DNA of 64,000 nt from Felis catus (GCF_018350175.1 NC_058368.1:77626001-77690000), one strand, 5' to 3'. Positions 1-12,867 are shown, counted from the stretch's first letter. Notes: a model not told the origin generated them from the letters alone. Made by a program: numbers and translations.

Positions 1-264
1 TTGGTGACCCTTTTCTCCATCTGGTGTTCTACCAACCTGGTTAGAGTTGGACATGCTGAGTCAATTTATTCACTCTGGGTATTTAACATTTAAGATTAAT
101 TTCCTTTTGATCTCCCTTTCTTTTAATTCTGAAACTATCAGATTTTGAAGTTCAACATGCTCCAAGGCTCTACACTTTAAAAAAAAAAAAACGGAAGTCC
201 TCAACTTCTATGTAGATAATAATCAATGTTATCTCCTTGTTATGCTTAAGAATATTTTATGGGA

Positions 265-485
265 GGGGCGCCTGGGTGGCGCAGTCGGTTAAGCGTTCGA
301 CTTCAGCCAGGTCACGATCTCGCGGTCCGTGAGTTCGAGCCCCGCATAGGGCTCTGGGCTGATGGCTCGGAGCCTGGAGCCTGTTTCCGATTCTGTGTCT
401 CCCTCTCTCTCTGCCCCTCCCCCGTTCATGCTCTGTCTCTCTCTGTCCCAAAAATAAATAAACATTGAAAAAAAATTTTTTTTAA
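265..485 (+). mobile_element. CAN-SINE, young felid SINEC_Fc-type
   Basis: GGGGCGCCTGGGTGGCGCAGTCGG tRNA-derived head, (CT)n body, AATAAA/A tail; perfect TSD aagaatattttatggga at 248-264 and 486-502; CpGs retained. Confidence 0.97.
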
Positions 486-704
486 AAGAATATTTTATGG
501 GAGATAGCAATCAGATCTTGGGAATAAAAGTCCAATTCCCTTGCACTAGGAGAATAATTTACCTGACAACATTTGCTCTTATTCCCAGAGGCAACAACAA
601 ACCAAGGCACTTAAGCGTAGTCAAATTTAAGAAATGGGGAAAAAAAGCTTTTGAAAACTGAGTAACTTGTAAAATTAGGAATTAATTCTAAAAATTACAA
701 ATAT

Positions 705-816
705 GGGCACTTGGCTGGCTTAGTCAGTTGAGCATACGACTCTTGATCTCAGGGTTTTGAGTTCGAGTCCCACGTTCGGTGTAGAGATCACTTAAAAAAT
801 AAAATCTTAAAAAAAT
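705..816 (+). mobile_element. Short, older CAN-SINE (tRNA-Lys-like head plus A-rich tail)
   Basis: gggcacttggctggcttagtcagttgagcatacgactcttgatctc...gagttcgagtcccacg; flanked by aaaattacaaata on both sides. Confidence 0.9.
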
Positions 817-1398
817 AAAAATTACAAATAAGTTATTTACCTAAGTGAAAGATAAATTGGTTGGCTCATTTCTAATGCATTCCCTAGGGCAGGTAGGTGT
901 TATTTGCCTTATAAATTCAAGTTAAATGCAATTTAAAAATTAAAAGCACTGTTTTAAACCAAATGCCTCTACACCTCAGATGTCTATGTGCCTCTTGAGA
1001 AGACTAGATTTGGCCTCTCATATTACTTTTTAGGAAATCTGGGAATTTAGTGCCAGAGCCATTATATAATTATTACATTTTTGAAGAAGTAAGTTATTCT
1101 TCTGAAATTTTATTCGGAGTGAGAACAACTTGTTGTTTCCCTTTTTTGCCCTCTAACTCATATCCCTTTATAGTGACTGAAATGAAATAATAACTCTTCC
1201 CAAATTAGAAGTGACCCCATTATAATTTAAATAAGTGAAATCAAGCAAGGCATATTTTTTAATCAGATATATGAGCTTTTATTTGTGAGTATCCAACATT
1301 GATTTTTTTCAATCAACTTTTCTCTTCCTGAGTGCAATTTTATGAACAACAAAACTAGCTGGATCAGAGCCATGAAAGAAAAGGTTAAGAAACATGTC

Positions 1399-1521
1399 TT
1401 CATCCACATGATTCGAAGATGAAAATAAGCCAAATCAATGAAGAATTTCATATGGAAAATTCATCCACATGATTCGAAGATGAAAATAAGCCAAATCAAT
1501 GAAGAATTTCATATGGAAAAT
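1399..1521. repeat. Perfect tandem duplication, 61-bp unit x2
   Basis: ttcatccacatgattcgaagatgaaaataagccaaatcaatgaagaatttcatatggaaaa at 1399-1459 and 1460-1520. Confidence 0.97.
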
Positions 1522-1584
1522 ACGTTCCCCTTTCTTTCTAAGGTGTGATGTGACAAGTATCTTACTTCCCAATGATTCCACCTT

Positions 1585-1812
1585 TAGGATTGGGAGTCAG
1601 GCTCCCTGGGTCTGAATCTCAGTCCTACACTCCACTGTGGGACTTTGGGCAAGCCAAGTATTCCCTATAAATCTGTTTCTCCATCTGTAGAAAGCAGATG
1701 ATAATATCCATACCTACCTTATATGGTTATAAAAATTAAATTACATAATCAGAGTAAAGTGGTGAACATAGTTCTGGCACATATTAAGAAGTAATGAAAT
1801 GTTAGCTATTAC
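1585..1812 (+). mobile_element. MIR SINE
   Basis: ggagtcagg...gggtctgaatctcag...ttgggcaag...ctgtttctccatctgtag...tggcacata...atgttagctatta resembles the MIR core and tail. Confidence 0.85.
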
Positions 1813-2350
1813 CCCCATCAGTGTTATTTCAAAAATCTCTGAAGTTAACACAAAGAATAGCTTATTTCCTCATGTTCAGTTGAAAAATAAGATAAGCCTC
1901 TCCCCCTCCCTTGTTTTCTGTTTCTTTTCTAAATAAGGAGTTCCTTTATTTAACCCCCAAACACGTCAATGATGAGGAGAGGTAAAGCCAATGTTTTCAA
2001 GTTCTTGGAAATTAATTGCACTGACAGTATCTTAAAATAACAGGTTTCCATGCTGCTTGGAGGACAAGATTCTGTTTTGTTCAATAGTTTGCAATCTGTG
2101 TATGCCAATTCTTAGAAAACAGTGTTAAAGGAGCAAATTCCGTATTTCCACATTCTGGTTCCATTTATAGAAAGTCTTATTTCACATAATGTATTTTAAA
2201 ATTTTGTTCCCACTCATTAATGATCCTTAGGTTGAACAAAAATGACCTTTCTCAGTTCGATCCAGACACAGCATTAAAAAGGAATAGTACCTCTTGGAAT
2301 AGGAACAGTCCATTAGCTCAAAACTACAGATTAGAACATGGGACCCGTAC

Positions 2351-2418
2351 CTGAATGAGATGCCTTCGATTCTGTTCAAACCAGATCCTTTCATTTTGAG
2401 ACAGGGAAAACCTTTCAC
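2351..2418 (-). CDS. Candidate coding exon F (68 nt, VKGFPCLKMKGSGLNRIEGISF) of an unidentified minus-strand gene
   Basis: Acceptor gtgttttttgtttaatgtcctttaaag|G, donor CAG|gtacgg; phase 0 to 2, compatible with exon E; open frame. Confidence 0.55.
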
Positions 2419-2812
2419 CTTTAAAGGACATTAAACAAAAAACACACTTTTTACAAATGCTATTGAACAAGAGATTAGTTCTTTGCGTGTTCTGTCTTCT
2501 CAATGAGAACTTGTTTAGTCAGCCTGGCATCGAGGCTCAAAGACCGATATCTTCGCTCAAAGTATATTTTCTTCAAAATCGCATCAATGTAATTTCTAGA
2601 ATTTTTACAAAACGAAGGGCCTGGAGGCAATATTCATAGACAAAGCCTCCCTGATGGGCTCTCTGTAGTCAAACCGATTAACGTGGAACCACTTCTTTTC
2701 TGAGATATGATCGTGTGAGTGAGATTTCTTCAATTTGTGAGCAATTCGCTCTCTGCCTACTGGGCTTTTACACAACTCTTTGCGCTACTTGCAAAGTCCT
2801 TCTGTATTTCCT

Positions 2813-3166
2813 CTGTTCTAGTCCATCCAAGCTTCTGTGACAAAGTACTGCAGACTGGGTGGCCTAGGAGCAACAGAAATTATTTTTTGTCATCCTGGGG
2901 GCTTCAAGGCTGAGGCCAGGCTGCCGGCGTGGTGGGGTCTTGTGAAAACCCTCTTCTTGGTTGAGGAAGGCAGCCTTGCGTGGTGGTCTTCCCATGGCAG
3001 AGGGGTGAGGGAGCTCTCTGAGCTCCCCTTCATGAGGGCGCTAATCCCTTTCACGAGGGCCCCACCCTAAGAACCGAGTCACCTCCTTGCCTCCTAATGC
3101 CATCACACTGGGGGCTAGGATTTGAACATCTGGATTTGGGGACACACACACACTTGGTCCACAGCA
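2813..3166 (-). mobile_element. MaLR solo LTR (MLT1A-like)
   Basis: caaagtactgcagactgggtggc...caacagaaatt...ctaatccctttcacgagggccccaccct...ggatttggggacacaca...ggtccacagca is the reverse complement of an MLT1A-type LTR. Confidence 0.85.
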
Positions 3167-4103
3167 CTCACCTAAATATTCAGTCTCTGTAAGGCAACTG
3201 TCTTGTCACCTGTTCTGGGAAGATTTTCCTGAATCTCTAATTTTCTCCTGATTTTGAGATCAGTGCTTAGTCTTTGACCTGGTTTCGTAGCAGCTAACCA
3301 GCAGACCCTTGACAATCATGTGAATTCTGAAAACTGAGGGAAGTGGCTTAATGATCTCAAAGCTTAAGTAGTCTCACGAAGTTCTCATGACTCTATTGCA
3401 GGCATGCCCACACATTTGTCACAGGACACTCCCTAGAGTTGTCTGAGACATTCCACTCCAGGACTGTCACCTATACCTCAGAAAGCATTTGGTTTCTACA
3501 CAGAGTGCGCAGAGGTCAAAGGCAAGTGATATAAGGTGACGGGTATCCCAGGGAAGGGATAAAAACAAAGTTGTCTTGTAAGCAAAAGTGACACGTTAAA
3601 CAGAGAGTTGCAAATGGTAACTTCATGTAGTAGCTGGCACCACTGGCCAGAGAATGACACATTTTCTCAGTCTGGAGAGACTGCGGTCCACGTACTGATG
3701 GGCTCCCCCACTCCCACAAAAAACACTTAACCCCAGCATTGGTAGCTGCTGCAAACAAGGGAACAGTGATAGATGGACACATCCCAGGGTAGAGAGTAGA
3801 AGATGCTGGAGAAAAGGCATTTTGGCCATTTAAAATGTCTTAGAGATTTGGACAAATGTGACAGAAATTAAGTTATTTTCTGGCAGTGATCCAAATGTGA
3901 GCTTTTAAAACGCAGACATTTCAGAAATCTGTATTACTCCTTATATGAATTGATTCGTCTCGTTCTGTGACCACAGGCGGCATGGTATTTGAGAGACAGT
4001 TTCCCTCCCAGGCTCAGCCCCCATCAGGCATCAGCAAACAGCAGGTTCTTGCCTACGTCACCAAGTTCAAGTCTCCCGAACAAGACAAGACTTATCTTCA
4101 CAC

Positions 4104-4188
4104 CTTTAATGGGCGACTGTCAACCCCGACTGATGGGGGTTCGCCGCTTGCCTGTCTGCTGCTGTCTTGTTCAATCGAAAGCACACTG
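4104..4188 (-). CDS. Candidate coding exon E (82 or 85 nt; (S)SVLSIEQDSSRQASGEPPSVGVDSRPLK)
   Basis: Acceptor ctcgcttttaatctag|cag| (NAGNAG), donor AAG|gtgtga; only one open frame (phase 2 to 0), which matches both neighbours; locally CpG-richer. Confidence 0.5.
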
Positions 4189-5498
4189 CTAGATTAAAAG
4201 CGAGTGTTTGGGGACTGTTCACAGGATCTACTCGGCGTCGGGAAAATGAGCCCCCGAATGCGGTACAATTTCAAAGATCAATTCTGACCTGAGATGAGAT
4301 TTATGGGAACGGTGGTGTCATAAGATGCCAAGCCCTTCCCCAACACTGACAGAAGCAGAGACCCAGAATGTGTGTAGGAGTAAAGGGGCCAAGTTTGCAA
4401 GTCTGTGACGGTACCAATTGGTTAGGCAGCCAGCCCCAAGTCTGCGTGATATTGGCTGAAATTCACATGTATTTGCATTGTTTTGAGCTAAGTCATTCCG
4501 AGGTACGATTACAACAGGAGTCTTGGTGCCCCCCACACGTGGTGGCGGTACCATCCCTGACCTTTTCCCCACTGCCAGTCTCTCTTTCCTTCCCTGCTTA
4601 CTTCATCAGAACCCATTTGGGAAGCATTTGGTGCACAAGTATTGAACACCTCCCATCACACACTTCCTCTCTCTGTCCTCTCCCTTCTGTTAATGCCTGT
4701 GGTGTGTCAGCAGGCCCCAGGCTCCGTTCCCATCCACCTACTCCTAGAAATAAATGGGCTGCTAATCTTTGGTCTAGTTATTAAAGGATCACAGGTAGCA
4801 TGTAACACTCCCAGAATTGCCCTTACAGTGTTTCATCACTCATAACGTAGATCATCTGAAATCTACTCAAAATAGATGTTTTTCAACTATGATCTGATGC
4901 AAGAGAAAAACTGCCACGTATGCTTTATTATCCCAGATGTGTCCACTGGCCAGGATACCGAACCAAGATACAGAAGCTTAGACGCCTCTATTTCTCAAAA
5001 GTTCTATGCCAAAGGCTCTATTCCCAAATACTTTGAAAACTGTAAAGCTACAGACGACCATGTAGCTAGGCTGGTGCATAAACCCGTTACGTTCTTACCC
5101 ACGTTTGTCCTAACACTATGTCTTTTTGAATACTTACAAAACTGGGGAAAAAAAGACCCTATAATCTGAGAAAGTAAACATCTCATAATAAACAAGGCCT
5201 CAGGGTCACGGAAAACAAACCAAGTGTAATTTGACACAAGATTTTACAACCTAAGGGAGAAACTCTTGCCTTAGAGAGACACTGTGGGTTTTACACAGAA
5301 CTTTTAAATAAAATGCACTCCATCAAGTCAAATATATGAAGAGGAACAGTGCCTGCTTCTCCGCACCTTTGTCATAGTGCACACAGGACGTGGGGAAAAG
5401 AAAGAGGCACAGCATCAGAGCCTGTAAGATGTCATATTCTGGAAGCCACTGCACAAGGGCAGCAAGGTCATTCCAATCTATAGGAAAAGACATCGCCA

Positions 5499-5726
5499 GG
5501 GGTGCCTGGGTGGCTCAGTGGGTTAAGCATCTGACTCTTGATTTTGGCTCCAGTCATAATCTCGCGGTTCATGGGATCGAGCCCCGTCTGGGCTCTGCAC
5601 TGATGGTGCAGAGCCTGCTTGGGGTTCTCTCTCCCTCTCTCTCTGCCACTCCCCTGCTCTCTCTCTCTTGCTCTTTCTCTCTCTCTCTCTCTCCCTCTCA
5701 AAATAAATAAGTAAACATTAAAAAAA
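5499..5726 (+). mobile_element. CAN-SINE
   Basis: Head, (CT)n and A tail; degenerate TSD gaaaagacatcgccag/gaaaagacgtctccag. Confidence 0.95.
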
Positions 5727-6059
5727 GAAAAGACGTCTCCAGAACGGTCATGCAGCAATAAAGGCAAGAATACACCATGTATTACTTTAAACATTCTTGT
5801 TAACTCTTTCTAAACTCATTACAGCTATAAATATCTTTAAAACGTCACAGCTCCTATGACACAGGGATGGGTCAGCATAATGCCATTCTTCACCTTCAGA
5901 GACTGATGTGTTCCTCTGGCTGAGTCTTTGCCACACCAAGAGGGCCACCCCATCCTCCTGTGGCAGCTCAGGCTTTCCCCGATACTTGGCATTCAGGCTC
6001 AAGATGTGCTGCTGGGAGGTGTGACAGTGCTTTGTGACTTCCCATGTCCCAGGCTGCTT

Positions 6060-6745
6060 CTTCTGCAAACAGCCACCTGGCTCATTCTACACTCTATGTA
6101 CCTGTCCAAAGCACTAATCACCTTCTCACATCCTCTTGTGGGTTGAATTGTGCATCACCATCAAGAAACATACTATGGCATCCCAAGCCCGAGACCTCAG
6201 AATGTGACCTTATTTAGAGATAGAGCCTTTACAAAGGTAATCAAGTGAAAATGAGGGTGCTGGGGTGGGGGCTTTACATAATATGGTTGGTGTCTTTATT
6301 TTTCAAAAAGGTGAAATTTGGACAAACGCATAGAAGGAAGAATGTAAAGATGTAAAGAGGCAGGGAGGAGATCGCCATCTACAAGCTTAGGAGAGAGGCC
6401 TGGAATAGAATCTCTGTCCCGGCCACAGGCAGAACCAATCTCGCCGATGCCTCGATTTCAGACTTTAGCCTTCAGGACTGAGAATAAATTTCTGCTGTTC
6501 AAGCCACCAGATTGTGGTATCTTCCTACGGTAGCCCTAGAAACTAATACATGCACACTATCTAATTTATTCAGCTGTGTATTACTTCATGATTTATAGTA
6601 TGCCCACCCCACATACAGGCCACCGTGTAAGTTCATGAAGGCAAGATGTTCTCTGTTTTGTTCACTGATCATCAAACATTTGTAGCTGCTGAGAACGGAG
6701 CTTGGAGTTCGTCACTGTTCAGTTAACACTTATTGAATGGGTAAA
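6060..6745 (+). mobile_element. L2 3' fragment split by the MLT1 LTR
   Basis: tgtaagttcatgaaggcaagatg...tgttttgttcactgat...cttattgaatg resembles the L2 3' end. Confidence 0.6.
6137..6550 (+). mobile_element. MaLR solo LTR (MLT1B/C-like)
   Basis: tgtgggttgaattgtg...acctcagaatgtgaccttattt...aataaatttctgctgttcaagccacc...agccctagaaactaataca; TG...CA ends. Confidence 0.88.
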
Positions 6746-7815
6746 TTATTTCGAGGGACAGAATTTATAATATTCATATGTAATTTGCTGCACGAGTTGG
6801 AGCTAAAAACTAAAGAAGTTGGGTGTAATGGCCTACTTATTAGTTAATATTGCCCCTCAATATGCCTTGTCAGATGTTGAAACATGAGAATAAGATTCTT
6901 AGGTTTGAATTGTTTTTTTCTAATTATATCTCCACTTATGTCACAATTTCTGCGTGAAGTTCGTGGTTGGCTAACTATTTGATTTTGATCGGAAACATAA
7001 TTTGACATTCTTTAAATCCTGAATCAATTAAGCATCTTGAAGCATAACTAAGATGCAAAACAAACCAACAAACCAACAAACAAAAGAACAACACCAGAGC
7101 AGAAACAAATAAGCAATACTAATTAAAATGGGTGTTGTAAGAATTTACTTGGGAAAAAGCTGACTCATCGACATCACTAACTATCCGAGACCAACCCTGG
7201 ACAATGCTGTCATTTATAGATGAGAGAGGGAAGGCACAAAGAAATTAACTTTATTCTCAGGTTTCACAAAATGGTAGCGGGACCTCTGGTGGGTTATATG
7301 AAGCTAAGATAACAATAGGACACATATAAAACCATCCTTTTTGTATATCCAGAAGACAAGAGGCTAAGATAATATCTGCAGCCAAGTAGAGTGGGGCAGG
7401 CAAACCAAATAATGATAATAATAATAATAATAGTAATCAATAGAGGTTCTTTTTTAAAGAGTGGAAGGAAAAGTAGAGATTGCTCACTCCAACATGTATT
7501 TTTTTTTAAGAAAATATTAACTGTCTAATATGTGCCAGGGACAATAATTAGCACTGGGGACGAGGAAGGAACATCAAAGCTGATATAACCACCACCTGGA
7601 ACAGGTAAGATATTGGGGGCTGTCATCATAAAGCAACTCTTTCCTTCTCTTCTCCACCCATTTAAATCTCCTCCATGTGATAGCTTCTTCCCACCTCTGT
7701 GGATGAAATCCAGGACGGGTTCCAAGTGCCTCCTTATTCCCAGCCGAGAAAACAGTGTTCTAGATGCGGGAAGTCAAGTCATGGTCTTAGATCAGTAATT
7801 GAAGTACCTAGTCCA

Positions 7816-7942
7816 GGGGCGCTTGGGTGGCTCGGTCAGTTAAGCGACCAATTTCAGCTCAGGTCATGATCTCGCGGTCTGTGGGTTCAAGCCCCACATC
7901 AGGGTCTGTGCTGGCAGCTCAGAGCCTGGAGCTGCTTCATAT

Positions 7943-7973
<31 letters not shown>

Positions 7974-8019
7974 GCCCCTCCCCTGTTCATGCTCTGTCTC
8001 TCTCAAAAATAAATAAACA
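7816..8019 (+). mobile_element. CAN-SINE
   Basis: Full head, body and tail; TSD ttgaagtacctagtcca/ttgaagtactcagtcca. Confidence 0.95.
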
Positions 8020-8200
8020 TTGAAGTACTCAGTCCAGTGGAACCATAAAAAATTTCTAAATGTTATTTGAAACTCTGATTGCTCCTCTGCCCCGCTGGCT
8101 TCTCCCTTTCCTGCGTCCTGTCCTCCCTTCTTGCTTAATTGCTGACATGGGCAGTCTTCAATTGCAGGCTGATAGAAGGTGACTCTGTTTCACGGAGTAC

Positions 8201-8390
8201 TTTTTAAAAATTAATTAATTTATTTTGGGGGAGGAGTGGCAGAGAAAGAGGGAGAGAGGGAATCCCAAGCAAGGCTCTGTGCTGTCAGTGCAGAGCCTGA
8301 CATGGAACTCAGTTTCACCAACCGTGAGATCATGACCTGAGCTGAAATCAGGAGTCAGAGGCTTAGCTCATGGAGCCACTCAGGCGCTCC
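8201..8390 (-). mobile_element. CAN-SINE
   Basis: T-rich tail, (GA)n, gagatcatgacctgagctgaa...gagccactcaggcgctcc. Confidence 0.93.
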
Positions 8391-9795
8391 TTTGGAGTAG
8401 CTTTGAGGAATCTTCAAGACCCCCTCCTCTTCTGGTCCCTGGAGGTCCACCCCAGGAGGGCCCCACTCCCAGGCCAGTGCATCACTAGTCCAGCTGATCG
8501 GCTGTGGTTTTCCTCTGTCCGCAGGCATCTGGCCACACCTCCAGCTTCTTTGAGCTCTGCCTTTGTCCCTTCAAGCTGCTCTATCTGACAGGATCTAAGG
8601 CAATCCCTTGCTTGCTGTCTCCGTCTCCCGTGGAAGCCCATGCTAAACACTCATGCATCCTTTTTCCCATCAAATTCTGATAGTTGACAGGACAAATATC
8701 AGACAGAGACAGTCCCCTCATGCAGCAAATTTTCAAGCCTCTGTTTCCAGGAGTGGCTGGACAGGGGCAAAGGACATACCAGGGTTTCTCTATCTCACTA
8801 AGTATGTGTCCGCTGTCCCGGTTTGGAAGGTGACCTCTATTGTCTTGGGCCTCGGCAGAATCTAGACAAAACAGTTTCATTTAATATCCTGTTTTATTAA
8901 GACTGCAAGAAGGATCTAGCCAGAGCAGACAGATGAGCGTTGCATGGGGGAGTCACATCCCAGGAGCACTGGGGTGGAGGGCAGGACTGAGGGGGCAAAG
9001 AATGTCAGGAACACAAAGGATGTCAGTATGTGGCACAGTGTTAGCAAAGTCCAGAGGAGGAAAGGAAAGAGGAAATGGAGAGGAGGGGGAAGGAAGCACA
9101 TTGGGAAATCTTGTTATCCATGTTGACGTAGCAGTTCATTGAGGGCATGTAAGGCTTGCTCTGATATTTTAGTTCCCGTGAAGAGTTGTTATATGGGAAA
9201 GAAGAAGACCCCCCTAGCTTTGATTTACATCTTATTCAACTTGCAAAAATTCTAGAATTGTTTTTCAATGTGAGTAGTGTTGTTGAGAAGGAGGAGGAAG
9301 GAGAGGAGGAGGAAGGGGGGAAAAGAGGTGGAGAGGAGGTCCGTTCCTTACTATTCCAAGTCACCGGGTAGTCATTCGATTTCATGGCAATTTACCCAGC
9401 TTTTATGCATTTTTCAAAGTAATCAGTACTTGATGTAAGCAATGAGGCTGGGACAACTAACTTGTGAGGTGACCAGAAGCCAGTGTCTACACTCACTAGA
9501 AGTCCCTTTCTTCCCGGGGGTGAGACCTTTAATTTTTAATAACTCCACGGATCGATAGGCCCATGACTTCTGCCCCTCATGGGAGAGAAAGAACAGAGAT
9601 GATTAAGATAAAATAGCTCAGCAGAACATAGGGATTACATTTATGTCAGCCAGCAAAATGATCGACGATTAAATAAACCACAACATAAGAAAGAAATAAT
9701 CTTCTGACAGTCATCTCAAAGAAGCCAACAATGGATTCAGCCAAAGTGACGTGGGGGGTTTTGATTTTCTTTTCTCCCTCAGTGTAAAATCTTAC

Positions 9796-9827
9796 CTGTA
9801 CATAACCTTGTGTGTTTTAAAGCAAAA
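9796..9827 (-). CDS. Candidate coding exon D (32 nt, FCFKTHKVMY)
   Basis: Strong acceptor ttttttttcctttctatcag| and donor CAG|gtaaga; phase 0 to 2. Confidence 0.6.
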
Positions 9828-10395
9828 CTGATAGAAAGGAAAAAAAAATGATCTGCAAAATATATCTCCACCTAGAATTTTGGGTGTCATAGCTGACGAC
9901 GAAATGAAAAGGAGATGCTTTCCAAGGTCTTTGACTACAACAATAAAAAGCATAATGCTGCGTAATAAATATCCGGATGGATAGCTGAGAAGATACTTTG
10001 CTAAGAAGTGTGCAACTGAAGCCTGGACCGGAGGAGACCATGTGATAATGGAACAAACAAATAACATCGCATCAAAGATACTTCTCAGATTTGTACTAAG
10101 TCCTTCCAGAACTTGTATTACTATTGTCCCTGTAAGAAGGTCTTTAAATAAATTACTATTTTAGTGGATGTTCACACGAAGGTATCAATTAAAAACGGTA
10201 ATCTTCAATTTACTAGATGTCACTAGTTAGTAACTTTTTGAAACTAAACTGGGAAATATTTCCACAGCTTTCAGACTGACTCTGGTAGTGAATAACGAAT
10301 GTACTGGAGAAGATCTCGGCAACTTAAAATAAAGGAGACCGCCAAATAATGGTTTTTAGGAGTCAAAACTGCCCTTGTAAATGTGTGGACTACAT

Positions 10396-10516
10396 GGTGT
10401 GACCACATAATACATCATTCAGAATGGGACACTTGAGAGTGACGAAGGAGCTATTAAGAGTTAAGCTAAGGCCAAGTATAAACCGGCATCATCTGGGGCC
10501 CATGTATACACAACCT
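10396..10516 (+). mobile_element. MER94-like hAT-Blackjack MITE
   Basis: ggtgtgaccacataat...gggacacttgagagtga...gctattaa...taaaccgg resembles the MER94 consensus. Confidence 0.6.
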
Positions 10517-11301
10517 TTCTGATGACCAGGTGGCAGGGCTGGTGATACTGCAGAGACTAATTTCATCATGAAAGTGTTTCCTTAAGCATGTGTTTCTGAA
10601 ATAAAAATGTACCTGCAGAGATATAATGTATTCTTCACATCATGGAAACTTCAGGGCAAATTCTGTCATTAGAGACTTTTTGCTGTGAAAATGCCTAAGA
10701 TAAATGGGATTTTCATAGGAGAGGAAAAACAAAAAAAAACAGTAGGTTAATTGTGGACCAGAGGTCATCTTCCAGAAATGTGTGGGCCGTGCTCGGTGGA
10801 TGCCGGCAGCCAAAAAGAGGCCAGGAAGCCACAGTGGGGGCAGAAACAAAAGCAAGAATCAGGGAACGAGGAAGGAGGGCAAAACCCACTCTACCAACAT
10901 CTCCACACATTTGTGTATGGCCAGCAAAGTAGCAGAGATGGGACAAGGGGGGCATGCTAATGAAGAGAGCCAATGATGTCCTGCTTCATTAAATTAAACA
11001 ACATATTCTTGAGTTCCCGTTTTGTGCTAGGTCCTTAGAGAGATGCAAAAAAATATAAGGCATATATTCCCCACTCCCCACCCCAAAGAAATTAACAGGC
11101 AGTTGAGGAGCTACATGAGAAATGAGAGTGTTAACATCTTCCAAAAAAGACCAGCTTTTATAAGACAAGAGAAACTAATGGAACTAGTCTGGCTGGTTGC
11201 CTTTGTGTTCGTGGTGGCAGGTAGTTGAAACGTCATTTTCAAAAACTGAGAAAATCTTATTCGACGGCACTAAACAAGTTGATTCCACTGGTAACACTTT
11301 T

Positions 11302-11334
11302 TTTTAAGTTTTTTTTTTCTCTTTCTTTCTTTCT

Positions 11335-11377
<43 letters not shown>

Positions 11378-11551
11378 CTTGAGAGTAGGGGAGGGGCAGA
11401 GTGAGACAGGGAGAGAGAGAGAAAATCCCAAGCAGACTCTGCATGGTCAGCTTGGTGCCCAATGCAGGGCTTGAACTCATGAACCATGAGATCATGGCCT
11501 GAGCTGAAACCAAGAGTCAGACGCTTAACTGACTGAGCCACGCAGGGGCCC
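11302..11551 (-). mobile_element. CAN-SINE with (TTTC)n expansion in its tail
   Basis: TSD ccactggtaacactttt/ccactggtcacactttt; (TTTC)n at about 11318-11376. Confidence 0.95.
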
Positions 11552-12043
11552 CCACTGGTCACACTTTTAACTTCCATGGTGGTCGTTGAGTTGACTGATG
11601 ACCATGTGCACTCAGTCAGCTGTGCGGTAACACTAAGAAAAGTCAAGATCTTCCCAAACACACAGGTCCATAACAGACTCACTGAAGGTTCTGGACTGAA
11701 GGCCATAGTAAGCCTCCCACTAACTGCTCAGGGCCTCCCAGGAGCTGCAGGCAAATCAGAATATCCTCCTACTTCCTTCTGAAGTAGCCACCAAGGACTA
11801 CATGGCTAAGCCTTTGAGGTTTGTTACCGTGAACTCATGGGCATGTCTTTCTGAGGTTTACTTCTTTATGTTATTGCTGCTTCTGCTGGACAGCAACTTT
11901 AGCATTTTCTCTGAAACTATAATAGTTTGCTAGGGTGTCCTAACAAAATCCTACAGACAGGTGGCTTAAACAACAGAAATTTACTGTCACTGTTCTGGAA
12001 CCTAGAAATCAGACATCAGGGTGTCAGCAGGTTTGCTTTCTTC

Positions 12044-12256
12044 TTTTTTTTTTTTAATTTTTTTAATGTTTACTTATTTTTGAGAGAGAGAGACAGAGCA
12101 CAAGTGGGGAGGGCAGAGAGAGAGGGAGACACAGAAGCAGGCTCCAGGCTCCGAGCTGTCAGCACAGAGCCCAACGAGGGGCTTGAACTCACAAGCTGTG
12201 AGATCATGACCCGAGCCGAAGTCGGACGCTTAAACGACTGAGCCACCCAGGCGCCC
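12044..12256 (-). mobile_element. CAN-SINE inserted in the MLT1
   Basis: TSD caggtttgctttcttc/caggttagatttcttc. Confidence 0.95.
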
Positions 12257-12483
12257 AGGTTAGATTTCTTCTGAAGCCTCTCTCCAAGGTGTATAGATGG
12301 TCAGCTTCTCCCTGTTTTTTCACATGGTCCCTCCTCTGCATCTGTTTCGAAATCTCCTCTTCTTGTAAGGATACTAATCATACTGGATTAAGGCCTACTC
12401 TAATGACCTCTTCTTATCTTAATTATTTCTTTACAGACCCTGTCTCCAGAGACAGTCACATTCTGAAGTGTGGGGTTAAGGAC

Positions 12484-12867
12484 TGCCTTAGTGACCTCAG
12501 ATGCCATAACAAAATACCAGAGACTGGTGGCTTAAGCGACTGCAATTTATTTTCTCACATTTCTGAGGACTGGAAGTCCACGATCAACGTGCCAGGTTTG
12601 GTGTCTGATGACCCATCTCACCTTGGGTTGCAGAAGGGTGTCTTCCTGTTACATCCTCACGTGGTGCAGAGAGAGAGAACTGGTATCTCTTTCTCTTCCT
12701 CTAAGGACACCAGCCTTATCAGATTAGCGGCCCATCTTCATGACCTCACATAACCTTTGTCACCTTGTCAAAGTCTCTAGCTCCAAATACAGTCACATTG
12801 AGAGTTAGGCCTTCCATAAATGAATCTGGTCGGGGTCGGGGGGGAGGACACGATTCAATCTGCAGAA
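12484..12867 (-). mobile_element. MaLR LTR (MLT1A-like) nested in the MLT1B-like LTR
   Basis: tgccttagt...gccataacaaaatacca...ctccaaatacagtcacattgagagttagg...gacacgattcaatctgcagaa. Confidence 0.82.

Noticed and set aside
705..790. tRNA-like sequence with A and B boxes
   Set aside because: Has an A-rich tail and TSD; it is a tRNA-derived CAN-SINE, not a tRNA gene (same for all SINE heads)
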